The notes: generated by a model not told the origin, from the sequence alone. 64,000 bases of DNA from Alphaproteobacteria bacterium (GCA_965216755.1 CBDCGL010000011.1:2944001-3008000); one strand, 5' to 3'; shown: positions 30,452 through 39,295, counted from the stretch's first letter. A program made the numbers and translations.

Positions 30452-31048
30452 ATGACACCCGTGCTGAATGCCCTCAAGGGCGATACCGAATCAGCCGGCG
30501 TCGCATTTCGCGACGTCTTGTTTCTGATGGTGTTGAGCCTGGTCATCGTCATTTTCCTCATCTCTCTGTTGATCAACCCGCAAGAGGAGGAAGAGGCACC
30601 GCTGCGCACCGATATCGTGATCGAGGCGATGTGGCCGAGTGGCGAGGCGCATGATATCGACCTTTGGGCAATGGGGCCCGACGAGGTTCCGGTCGGATGG
30701 GGACTCAGCTCTGCCGGGCCGTCGCTCAATCTGGAACGCGATGACCGGGGCATCATTAACGACGCCACGACACTGAATTACGAGATCATCACCGTGCGGG
30801 ACAAGACGCCTGGCGAGTATCTTATCAACCTTCACCTTTACAATGAGTTTGAAAGTGTCTTGCCGGTGCCCGTGACGGTTAAAGTCACCGGTCGCGGCGG
30901 CCTCGGCGAGATCTTTTCCGGTGAAGTCAGAATCAATGAACGCAAACAAGAGGTGACGGTTGTCCGGTTTCGGCTCGACGAAGACGGCAATCTGGTCGAA
31001 GACAGCATCAACGACATGTTCAAATGTATTCTCTGTCGAAGGGGATGA
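30452..31048 (+). CDS. Single-TM MotB/ExbD-like partner with a YfaP/DUF2135-like periplasmic domain
   Basis: AFRDVLF places an Asp at the start of the TM helix. The periplasmic part reads W..G..HDIDLW..GP...LERDDRG...E...PGEYLINLHLY. Confidence 0.7.
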   Translation: MTPVLNALKGDTESAGVAFRDVLFLMVLSLVIVIFLISLLINPQEEEEAPLRTDIVIEAMWPSGEAHDIDLWAMGPDEVPVGWGLSSAGPSLNLERDDRGIINDATTLNYEIITVRDKTPGEYLINLHLYNEFESVLPVPVTVKVTGRGGLGEIFSGEVRINERKQEVTVVRFRLDEDGNLVEDSINDMFKCILCRRG

Positions 31049-31076
31049 CCGGTGACGGTGCGGGCGAGCTGATGTT

Positions 31077-31502
31077 ATGGACGCGACCGTCATTCTGATC
31101 CCGGCACTGTGCGCCGCGGCGGTTACATTTTTACTTGCGATGCTATTTATCGAGTGGCGTCGCCACTGGTTCGGATATTGTTTGCTGTTTGGGCTTGCGA
31201 CGACGGCGCTTGGGCTACCCCTCTACGCCATGCGCGATGTGTTGGGCTTGCCGGATCCGGCCCCGGCCGGTGGGACTTACGAGCTGGTTGGATGGAAGAA
31301 CGACGAGTACGCCGATCAGTCATATCTCTTTGTCGCGCGCGAGGGCGAAGTCGTCCCGCGACATTTCGCGGTTGCATTTGATATGGAAAGCGCTTTGCAG
31401 TTGCATCGCTTGGCGGAAAGCGTGGACAGGCTTGATCGCGTGCGAATCTCCATTGAAAGAGGTCAAAATGGTGACACGATTTTCGTCCCGTCGCGCAAAT
31501 AG
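31077..31502 (+). CDS. Small 2-TM hypothetical membrane protein
   Basis: Two hydrophobic helices, then LGLPDPAP.GG.YELV...YLFV...PRHFAV. Operon-like spacing. Confidence 0.7.
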   Translation: MDATVILIPALCAAAVTFLLAMLFIEWRRHWFGYCLLFGLATTALGLPLYAMRDVLGLPDPAPAGGTYELVGWKNDEYADQSYLFVAREGEVVPRHFAVAFDMESALQLHRLAESVDRLDRVRISIERGQNGDTIFVPSRK

Positions 31503-31589
31503 GCGACCTGGCTTGCGTGAGAACGAGCCTATGACCGTTTTGGTGACGACGCGTGATGGGCGCCGACAGCATCATGCGGTGCGACGACC

Positions 31590-32045
31590 GTGAGTCATCT
31601 CATCCTTTACGGCCTGTTTGCCGCGCTGGTGTGTTTCTTGGTCGTTGCCGTTATGACCCGATCACGGCGGCTGCGGACACTCGCGGTGATGGCCGGCGCG
31701 GTCGCACTTTGGCTGCCGTATTTTGCTTTGACCCATGCGCTCGGCAATCCCAATCCGTTCCCGCCAACCGGGAACTTTCAGCTGTTGGCGTCACGTATAG
31801 ATCAAGCCAATGGCGATTGGTACATCCTGATTGACGGATATCGGCAAGCGGGCCCACCGCGCTCGTTTGTCGTGCCACTCCCCGATGTGCATGAGCGCGA
31901 TCTGCCTCGGGGGTCGCCATACGATCCGGCCGACGTTTTCTTGTCGCGCGGTGCGGGCGGCGCGATGGAATTGTTAGAGGTCGACTATTATCCGCCCGAC
32001 CCGCCGAAGGGCACGCGCAATTACGGTCAAATCGGCGCGGAGTAG
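31590..32045 (+). CDS. Small 2-TM hypothetical membrane protein (paralog of 31077-31502)
   Basis: Two hydrophobic helices, then LGNPNPFP.TG.FQLL...YILI...PRSFVV. Confidence 0.7.
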   Translation: MSHLILYGLFAALVCFLVVAVMTRSRRLRTLAVMAGAVALWLPYFALTHALGNPNPFPPTGNFQLLASRIDQANGDWYILIDGYRQAGPPRSFVVPLPDVHERDLPRGSPYDPADVFLSRGAGGAMELLEVDYYPPDPPKGTRNYGQIGAE

Positions 32046-32145
32046 GCGTAAGGGCGTAGGCCGTTCGTGTCCCACCGACGCGAGTCACGACCGCTGCGGT
32101 CCACGGCGAGACGGGCGGCACGCAGGTGACCCGCCGGGAAAATGG

Positions 32146-32174
32146 TTGACCGTGTCTGAGCGACAATTGAAAAT
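32146..32174 (+). promoter_or_regulatory. Possible sigma-70 promoter of the PQQ dehydrogenase
   Basis: TTGACC-N17-GAAAAT in the intergenic region. Confidence 0.3.
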
Positions 32175-32300
32175 CTTTGCGGCTGAATTCACATGAACGT
32201 GCTGCGACTTGCAGTGTCGCATCCAGTGGATGGTTGCTATCAGCCGCAAACTGAGCCAGGAGACGTATGCCAATCTAAGACAACTGGGAGGAAAAAAGGG

Positions 32301-34001
32301 ATGAAGTGGTGGTCCCCGCGATGTTTCATCGCACCAATGGCGCTAATCGTGCCGATTGTATCTGTTGGGATTTCGGCAGAGCTTCAGGCCGGGCCGGTAC
32401 GAGATACGGATTTGCTTGTGCCCGCCGGAGAAGAATGGCTGCATGTAAATGGCAATGCCGAAGGCACGCGCTATAGCACGCTGACGCAAATAAACGCAGG
32501 CAATGTCGGCGAACTGAAAATGGCTTGGCTGTTCAGCACGGGCGGCGATACGTTCCACCAAGCCACGCCAGTGACCCATGACGGCATTGTGTACTTCCCA
32601 CAGTCCTACTCGGTGTTTGCCATCGATGGCCGCACCGGCCGCCGTATCTGGAAGTTCCACGAAGATCCACCGGAGGATTTGGGCGGCGACAATCCCGATC
32701 TGTTCCGTGGCACGCATCGCGGCGTGGCGTTGTACGGCGACAATGTCTACTACCTGACCCAAGACAATAAAATTATCGCGCTTGATCAGAAGACCGGCGA
32801 CGTGGTCATGGAAACCGACCGCCTGCGCGATTATGCCAAGGCCTACGATATGGCCGAGGACGCCAACGGCTATTGGTCGACGGTGGCGCCCATGGCGATT
32901 CCGGGTAAGATCATCGTGCCCATGAATGCCACCGATACGGGTGGGCTGCCCGGCTTTGTGATCGGCGTCGATCCTGATTCCGGTGAGACTCTTTGGGAAT
33001 CCAACATGATTCCGAAAGAGGGCGAGCCGGGCTATGACTCGTGGCCAGGCAACAGCGCCGACTATGGCGGTGGCGGCCCCTGGCTGACCGGATCGTTCGA
33101 CGGGGAAACCAACACCTATTTCACCGGGACGGCCAATGCCATGCCGTGGAATCCCTATGGGCGCGGCGATGGTATGATGGATAATGTTGGCGCGGCAAGT
33201 ATCGTCGCGGTCAACACCGACACGGGCGAAGTCCGATGGCGTTATGTGGTAGTGCCCGGCGATCCGTTCGATTACGACGTGCCGGGTGTGCCAATGATCA
33301 TCACGGTCGGCGGCAGCAAGACGATCGTGCAGCCGAACAAGACCGGCTACATGCATTATCTGGACGCCGCCACGGGTGAATTCCTTAGGGTCGCACGGAT
33401 TTCGGACAAGATCACTTGGGCCGAAGGCTATGGCAAGGATGGGCGGCCGATCAATCAAGTCACGCTGCCGAAAGAAGGCGATCCCCAGATCGAAATCTGG
33501 CCAAGCCTGCTTGGCGCCGTCAATCTCTATCCGAGCGCCTATAATCCGAATACCGGCATGATCTATATGCCAACCCGCCACAAGTCGATGCTGTATGGAT
33601 TCGAAAAGGTCCAGTATCGCGCCAAGGCGGCTAATTTTGGTGCAGTGTTCGAATTCCCGGAAGGCGGCAACGAAATCAATCTTGCCTATGATGTCGAGTC
33701 GGGAACCGAAGTTTGGCGTGACCACAAAGCGACAGACGGCTATGCGGGCGGTATGCTGACCACCGCCGGCAATCTCGTTTTCTATGGCAGCCAAGGCGGT
33801 ATTTTCCACGCTGTCGAGGCCACCACGGGCGAGGTCCTTTACACCTTCAACATGGGCACAACCTTCAAGGCGGGGCCGATGACGTACATGTTGGACGGCA
33901 CCCAGTATGTGGTTGGTTTGGCAGGCCACGTGCCGGGTCTTGGCAATGAAGATCATCCGCTTGAGCCGAATGGCGGCTATTTGTACGCGTTCACGCGTTA
34001 A
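32301..34001 (+). CDS. Periplasmic PQQ-dependent dehydrogenase (8-bladed beta-propeller, divergent alcohol dehydrogenase-like)
   Basis: Signal peptide; RYSTLTQINAGNV, repeated A.D..TG...W Trp-docking motifs, GGGGPW, GTANAMPWN, DPFDYD, GGMLTTAGNLVF and PMTYMLDGTQYV. Confidence 0.92.
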   Translation: MKWWSPRCFIAPMALIVPIVSVGISAELQAGPVRDTDLLVPAGEEWLHVNGNAEGTRYSTLTQINAGNVGELKMAWLFSTGGDTFHQATPVTHDGIVYFPQSYSVFAIDGRTGRRIWKFHEDPPEDLGGDNPDLFRGTHRGVALYGDNVYYLTQDNKIIALDQKTGDVVMETDRLRDYAKAYDMAEDANGYWSTVAPMAIPGKIIVPMNATDTGGLPGFVIGVDPDSGETLWESNMIPKEGEPGYDSWPGNSADYGGGGPWLTGSFDGETNTYFTGTANAMPWNPYGRGDGMMDNVGAASIVAVNTDTGEVRWRYVVVPGDPFDYDVPGVPMIITVGGSKTIVQPNKTGYMHYLDAATGEFLRVARISDKITWAEGYGKDGRPINQVTLPKEGDPQIEIWPSLLGAVNLYPSAYNPNTGMIYMPTRHKSMLYGFEKVQYRAKAANFGAVFEFPEGGNEINLAYDVESGTEVWRDHKATDGYAGGMLTTAGNLVFYGSQGGIFHAVEATTGEVLYTFNMGTTFKAGPMTYMLDGTQYVVGLAGHVPGLGNEDHPLEPNGGYLYAFTR

Positions 34002-34016
34002 ATCGGATGGCATGCG

Positions 34017-34055
34017 GAAAAGGGCACGGGTGCGTTTGCGCACGTGCCCTTTTTC
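34017..34055 (+). terminator. Hairpin/terminator after the PQQ dehydrogenase
   Basis: AAAAGGGCACG...CGTGCCCTTTTT stem followed by a U-tract. Confidence 0.65.
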
Positions 34056-34116
34056 TCGCCATCGCCAGCCATCGGGTAACCGACCTAAGGCCGATCAAAC
34101 GAGGATTGATGGAACG

Positions 34117-34545
34117 ATGACGCAAAAGTCTCGCCGAACCGTCCGGCTTGTTATTTTGGGATTCTGTGTTGTGGCCATGGGCGCGTGGTCGATCGCCGGA
34201 CGCGTGCACGCCTCACCATCTGAGGTTGAATCGTCAAATCCCCTCAGTGGTGACGAAGACGCCATTGAGACGGGGGCACAGCTGTTTGCGGAAAACTGCA
34301 CCCTCTGTCACGGGCGCAAGGCGAACGGCAAAACCGGTCGATGGGCCTCCGCCGATCTGACCAAGTACAGAAAAGGCTATACCCGGTTTCTCAAAATCGT
34401 TCAAAAGGGTGTCGAGCCAAAGCGCGGATCAAACAACCAAATGCCGCCGTGGGAAGAGTTTCTGGATGAGACACAAATCGGAATGATTGGTGCTTATTTG
34501 GAGACTTTGGCCGCGCGCGGCGCAAAGTGGGTTGATCCGAAATAA
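34117..34545 (+). CDS. Class I c-type cytochrome, probable electron acceptor of the PQQ enzyme
   Basis: Signal peptide; NPLSGDEDAIETGAQLFAENCTLCH heme motif and distal Met in NQMPPW. Confidence 0.9.
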   Translation: MTQKSRRTVRLVILGFCVVAMGAWSIAGRVHASPSEVESSNPLSGDEDAIETGAQLFAENCTLCHGRKANGKTGRWASADLTKYRKGYTRFLKIVQKGVEPKRGSNNQMPPWEEFLDETQIGMIGAYLETLAARGAKWVDPK

Positions 34546-34598
34546 AAGTGAGCCGCCGTGTTGCGGACTCGACCGACGCAGTCAAGAGGATCAGAACA

Positions 34599-35009
34599 TT
34601 GGCCACGATCGATGAACGCCTTGGGCGACTGGAAAGACGGGTCAGGTTTTTTCAAGCCACAACGTGTATTTTGTTTCTTTTGGTGACCACGCCGATCGTG
34701 CTCGGCGCAACAACACAGATACCAGAGGTGATTCAAGCGCGCGCCTTCGAAGTGGTTGACGCAAGCGGCAGACCGGTCGTGCAACTGGAGTCAAAGGACG
34801 AAGGCGGCCGCGTTTGGGTGTGGAACAAACGCGGCAAGGTGACGCTTTCGCTGTCCAACGACGAAAACCAAGATGGCGTGTTTCGACTCTATGCGCACAA
34901 GGGCAATCGCGGTTTGCCCTATGTCGTGATTTCCGCTGACGCCGCAGGCGGACGGATCACGATCGAAAGCGACGGTGACGCCCAACGGGTCATCGAACCC
35001 GGCCCTTGA
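34599..35009 (+). CDS. Hypothetical single-TM beta-rich protein
   Basis: AAGAGGA before TTG; short coiled coil, TM helix, then beta-strand repeats (FEVVDASG, LYAHKG). Confidence 0.6.
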   Translation: MATIDERLGRLERRVRFFQATTCILFLLVTTPIVLGATTQIPEVIQARAFEVVDASGRPVVQLESKDEGGRVWVWNKRGKVTLSLSNDENQDGVFRLYAHKGNRGLPYVVISADAAGGRITIESDGDAQRVIEPGP

Positions 35010-35055
35010 ACCCGGCGGGCGGGCCCCATCTGTTCGGCCGGGCTGTGCCCGGATG

Positions 35056-36372
35056 TCATACAAGGACCAAAGCCAATTCTGGCACCAAGATAATCAATAC
35101 CACGACAAGAAGCATGATCACGGCAAACGGAAACGCACCCGCAAAAATATCGAACAAACTGATTTCGTCTGTGGAAAGCGTGCTCTTGATCACGTAGGCG
35201 GCGATGCCCAAAGGCGGGGTCAACAAACCGATTTCAACGCCGATCACTGTGATCACGCCAAACCAAACCAGATCAACGTCAAACGGGGCCAGCATCGGCA
35301 TGAACAACGGCACCACGATCAGAATGATCGACGTGGAATCCAGCACGGTCCCAAGCACCAACAATATGACGACGTAAACGGCGAGCAATCCGTAAAGGCC
35401 GAATTCCGCCGTGGCCACGGCAGTGCCGAGCTGTCCGCTGATCCCTGACAACCCCAGCATGCGGCTGTACATGCTTGCGGCGATAACCAAAAAACAAATC
35501 GACGCGGTGATGTGTCCGGTTTCAATCAGCACATGCCAAAACGCACGCAGATTCAACTTGCCCTTGGCCAACGCGATAACCAGTGCGCCGAGCGCGCCGG
35601 CGGCGCCGGCCTCAGTTGGCGTGAACACGCCACCGTAAATACCGCCGATCACCAGTGCCACCAACAGCCCGATGGGCGCTAGCTTGCCGGCGATTTCTGG
35701 GCCGCTTAAATGGCCGGCATCCGGCGCACCGGCGGATGCCAGCGCGCCGCCGACATAGCCGGGCGTGAATCGCGCCATGGCGATGATCGCCAAACAAAAC
35801 GCCGCCGAAAGAACGATGCCCGGAACGATGGCCGCCAAGAACATATCGCCGACCGATTGCTCGGTCAGCACGGCGTAAATGATCAACAGCAGACTTGGCG
35901 GAATGAGCATGCCGAGGATGGAGCTGCCGGCCACGACGCCGACGGCAAATCGTGGTCGGTAGCCGAACCGCAACATCTCGGGCACTGCCACGCGGGTGAA
36001 GATTGCCGCCGACGCGATGCTGATGCCGGTGATCGCCGCGAACACCGCGTTGGCCGCCACCGTTGCGATTCCCAAGCCGGCGCGCACACGACGAAACGCC
36101 TGATTGGCGACCGCGAACGCATCGCTACCCATGTCGGCGGCGCCAACCAGCAGCCCCATCAAAACAAACAACGGGATGACGCCAAAGATATAGCTAGAAA
36201 TGCTATCCGACGCGGCCAGCGTCAAAAGCTTGACCGCGACGGTCAAGTTGCCCTTGATTGCCCAAACGCCCAGAAACGAAACCAGGGCCAAGACCACAGG
36301 CACATACATGCCGAGGTAAATCAGCGCTAAGATGAGCGCGATGGACGCGACCCCGATTTCAATCCCGGTCAC
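35056..36372 (-). CDS. dctM: TRAP transporter large permease
   Basis: Motifs IPLFVLMG, LGMLIPPS, FTPTEA and GLLTPPLG. Confidence 0.93.
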   Translation of the reverse strand: MTGIEIGVASIALILALIYLGMYVPVVLALVSFLGVWAIKGNLTVAVKLLTLAASDSISSYIFGVIPLFVLMGLLVGAADMGSDAFAVANQAFRRVRAGLGIATVAANAVFAAITGISIASAAIFTRVAVPEMLRFGYRPRFAVGVVAGSSILGMLIPPSLLLIIYAVLTEQSVGDMFLAAIVPGIVLSAAFCLAIIAMARFTPGYVGGALASAGAPDAGHLSGPEIAGKLAPIGLLVALVIGGIYGGVFTPTEAGAAGALGALVIALAKGKLNLRAFWHVLIETGHITASICFLVIAASMYSRMLGLSGISGQLGTAVATAEFGLYGLLAVYVVILLVLGTVLDSTSIILIVVPLFMPMLAPFDVDLVWFGVITVIGVEIGLLTPPLGIAAYVIKSTLSTDEISLFDIFAGAFPFAVIMLLVVVLIILVPELALVLV

Positions 36373-36947
36373 GGGCGTGCGTCATCCCTTGGCCGATCCA
36401 CGCGCGGCGCGCCGTGTGCCAGGTCACGATACAAGAGCAGTGCAAACTGAATCGCCAAGGCCGCGCAGCCGACAACAATGATCAATCGCACGGGCCAAAC
36501 CGGGGCAACGAATATGCCCTGATTGCCGACATAGTGGCCTTTTGTCCAAGCTTGGGTAAAACGCGGCACGCTGCCGTACAGGATAATCAATGACAAAAAC
36601 ACGCCGGTGGCGTTGAACACCGCCGAAAGACCGCGCGCGATTGTCGGCGCGCGATCGCCAATGCGGCTGAATGCTGCATCGGAGCGTGTTAGGCGACCGA
36701 CCCGCAGGGTGTGCGGCAACTGCAGAAAAACGATTCCAACAATCGATAGCTCGACATTTTCCTTTACCCCTGGCACCGGACTGGACAAAAGAAATCGGCC
36801 AAAAATATCGAGGTTGATCAAAACCATCAGGCCAAAGATGCAGGCCGTGCCAACCGCATTGAGCGCGGCGACCACGCCGGCAAACGACCACGGTCGCCAT
36901 GGCGCGGGCGGCGCGGATTGGCTGCCGGTAGATGGCGCGGGGGGCAT
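36369..36947 (-). CDS. dctQ: TRAP transporter small permease
   Basis: Four TMs; DIFGRF...PVPGVKE. Lies between dctP and dctM. Confidence 0.88.
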   Translation of the reverse strand: MPPAPSTGSQSAPPAPWRPWSFAGVVAALNAVGTACIFGLMVLINLDIFGRFLLSSPVPGVKENVELSIVGIVFLQLPHTLRVGRLTRSDAAFSRIGDRAPTIARGLSAVFNATGVFLSLIILYGSVPRFTQAWTKGHYVGNQGIFVAPVWPVRLIIVVGCAALAIQFALLLYRDLAHGAPRVDRPRDDARP

Positions 36948-36962
36948 CGCGATACCGCCGCG

Positions 36963-38057
36963 CTAGCGATCCCAGTCGCGATAGATCGGCTGATCGGCGG
37001 CGCGCATGCTGTCCATGTAGGCTTCAAGTATGGCCCGACCCGGCAGGCCTTGAGATTCCAGGTCATCGGCCCATGCACCGGCAATATCGGGCAAAGCGTT
37101 CGCCCATTGCTTGCGCTGATCCTGCGCCAATTCGAGGATTTCACCACCATTGTCGGTATAGGCCTGCATACCCTTTGTGGCCGTATCGACGACGAATTTG
37201 GCCGACTCATCGCGATAGTCGATGGCGACGTCCCGCAGAACTTCTTGGACGACGGCGGGCAACGTGTCCCACACGTCTTTGTTGACCGTCACGGCGAACG
37301 AATTGACCGCGCCCAGATCGGCCTTGAGGTAATAGGGCGCGACTTCATAGAGCTTGAAGTTGCCGGCGGCTTCCGCCCAAACGATGCAGCCTTCATAGAT
37401 GCCGTTCTTGATGCCGTTGTACCATTCGGCTAGGGTTGAATTGACTCCCGTTGCGCCGATCCCCTCCAGCCACAGCAGGTTCGGTCCCGCGCCGCCGATC
37501 TTCATGCCGTCAAAATCCGCGAGCGCCCGGATCGGTGTCGCGGTCACGACCTGATAGGTGTCAACCGTACCCGTCGCCGCCAGATAGACCTGGTTGTATT
37601 GGTCCCAGCTCTGTTGCATTTCGGGAAAACGCGCCGTCAAGGAATCGATCGTGCGCACCACCAAAGGCAAATCATCGGTCACAAATGGCGTCACGAAGGC
37701 GACGTTGTAGAGCGGCAGTTTGTCGACGTGAAACGGTGTCACAACGATGCCGATATCACCAATCCCGGTCTCGATCGCTTCGAACTCGCCGCGCGGTTTG
37801 ACGACGGTCCCGCTGAATCCCTCGGTCCATGCGATGTCATAGTCACCACCGCGTTCGGCCAGGCGCCGGTCAACTTCGGGCATGAAATAGGCCTGAAACA
37901 TGTGCACCCAAGACGCCACCGGCGAATAGCCGGAAACCGCGGTCAAGCTGATTGTCTCGGCGCGCGCCGCCTCTATGGCCCCGGTCGATAGGGCCAAGAG
38001 CGCCAATCCAATTTTGGCCAGACGCGCCGCATATTTGTTGGCTGGACAATGGCTCAT
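36963..38057 (-). CDS. dctP: TRAP transporter substrate-binding protein
   Basis: Signal peptide; GIGDIG, DFDGMKI and VNKDVWDTLP. Confidence 0.88.
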   Translation of the reverse strand: MSHCPANKYAARLAKIGLALLALSTGAIEAARAETISLTAVSGYSPVASWVHMFQAYFMPEVDRRLAERGGDYDIAWTEGFSGTVVKPRGEFEAIETGIGDIGIVVTPFHVDKLPLYNVAFVTPFVTDDLPLVVRTIDSLTARFPEMQQSWDQYNQVYLAATGTVDTYQVVTATPIRALADFDGMKIGGAGPNLLWLEGIGATGVNSTLAEWYNGIKNGIYEGCIVWAEAAGNFKLYEVAPYYLKADLGAVNSFAVTVNKDVWDTLPAVVQEVLRDVAIDYRDESAKFVVDTATKGMQAYTDNGGEILELAQDQRKQWANALPDIAGAWADDLESQGLPGRAILEAYMDSMRAADQPIYRDWDR

Positions 38058-38134
38058 GGAATCCTTCCCTACGCGCGCGGCCGCCCGCCCGCGGTCAATG
38101 GCCACTGCATTTGCAAGGGGCCCGAACCGTATCT

Positions 38135-39046
38135 TTAGGTCAGCGTGCCTTTCAGCCAGGCAGCCTGTGAGCGGCCCACCTTCGCCAAGTGGTCCTCATC
38201 TGAATAAAGGCTCATATGCGATACGCCCTCGACCACATCCAAGACTTTGTTGGGGTTGGTGATCGCATTGAATGACTGAATCTCCAGATCGGCTGAGGTG
38301 ATGTTGTCGCCTTTCGCAACACTCATCATGACGTCGGTGTCGATAATGCGTTCGCAAAATGGATCGACATTGTAGTCCAACAGCAGTTCGACGGACTCAA
38401 TCGTGTTCCAATGTTCGTGATTGGGCGCTTCGCGCTGTTTGATTTCGTTGAAGATCCGACAGACATGCGGGTACGGCCAAGAACTCAATTCGTTGTAGGG
38501 ATCCGCCGACGACATCGGCATCGTACCGCCTTGGCCGGATTCGAACCGGCGCTGGCGATCTTCTGCGATGGTGGCCATAAGCTCGGCGAAACGGCGTTCG
38601 CCGTGGCAGCGGCGCATGGTCTGGAAGCCGTTGACGACCGGAATCGTGGAAATTGCCCATTTGGCGCGACGATCAGTGGCTGCGGCGACCAGAACATGAC
38701 CGCCGCTATAAGAAATGCCCCATATGCCGACCCGCGCGGGATCACACTCAGGCAGGGTATGGGCAAAGCTTATCGCGTTCTTGTAGTCTTCAATTTGATC
38801 CCACGGATTGATGTGCTGGCGTGGCGCGCCGCCCGACTCGCCAAATCGACGATAGTCGAACAACAAAGTTGCGATCCCAACTTCGTGAAAGAACTTGGCG
38901 TAGTAGGGCATGACAATTTCTTTAGTATAGCACCAACCGCCCGCCATCACCTGCAAGGGCACCGGACCCGATACACCGTCTGGGATCTGCAGCGTGCCGA
39001 CAATATTATCGCCGCAGCTCTTGAATTCGATACGCTTTTCTTGCAT
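38135..39046 (-). CDS. Alpha/beta hydrolase (FrsA/S15-like)
   Basis: FDYRRFGES, nucleophile elbow WGISYSGG, and C-terminal VSHMSLY. GGGAGG ribosome-binding site. Confidence 0.88.
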   Translation of the reverse strand: MQEKRIEFKSCGDNIVGTLQIPDGVSGPVPLQVMAGGWCYTKEIVMPYYAKFFHEVGIATLLFDYRRFGESGGAPRQHINPWDQIEDYKNAISFAHTLPECDPARVGIWGISYSGGHVLVAAATDRRAKWAISTIPVVNGFQTMRRCHGERRFAELMATIAEDRQRRFESGQGGTMPMSSADPYNELSSWPYPHVCRIFNEIKQREAPNHEHWNTIESVELLLDYNVDPFCERIIDTDVMMSVAKGDNITSADLEIQSFNAITNPNKVLDVVEGVSHMSLYSDEDHLAKVGRSQAAWLKGTLT

Positions 39047-39295
39047 CGCATGGACCTCCCAGTTCGTGTTCAGCGACCGGCCACCGGCATCGCCGCGCAC
39101 GCCCTCGCCTTTGGCTTGGCACATGCGCGCCGGCAGCAACCAATCGTGCCACAAGGTTGCGGATCAATTCGTCGCAACTCTTCGTGCGCGGCTATTATGG
39201 CACGAACGCGAGTCAGAATCGGCAGCAATTTGCTGGGGTGTTTCGCGGTCGGTCCTGTCGACGTCAAAACCCGCCCACTCCACCACTGTGCCGCG

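Noticed and set aside
29671-31048. Zorya (ZorAB) anti-phage system or flagellar MotAB
   Set aside because: The A subunit has no long cytoplasmic tail and the B-like subunit has no OmpA domain. There are no ZorC/D/E or flagellar genes, and the context is redox metabolism.
32301-34001. xoxF, mxaF or exaA
   Set aside because: It lacks the vicinal Cys-Cys and several conserved motifs, and there is no xoxJ or mxaI. Left as a divergent PQQ dehydrogenase.
39135-39152. Sigma-54 promoter upstream of the hydrolase-TRAP operon (minus strand TGGCACGATTGGTTGC)
   Set aside because: The GG-to-GC spacing is 11 nt rather than the strict 10 nt.
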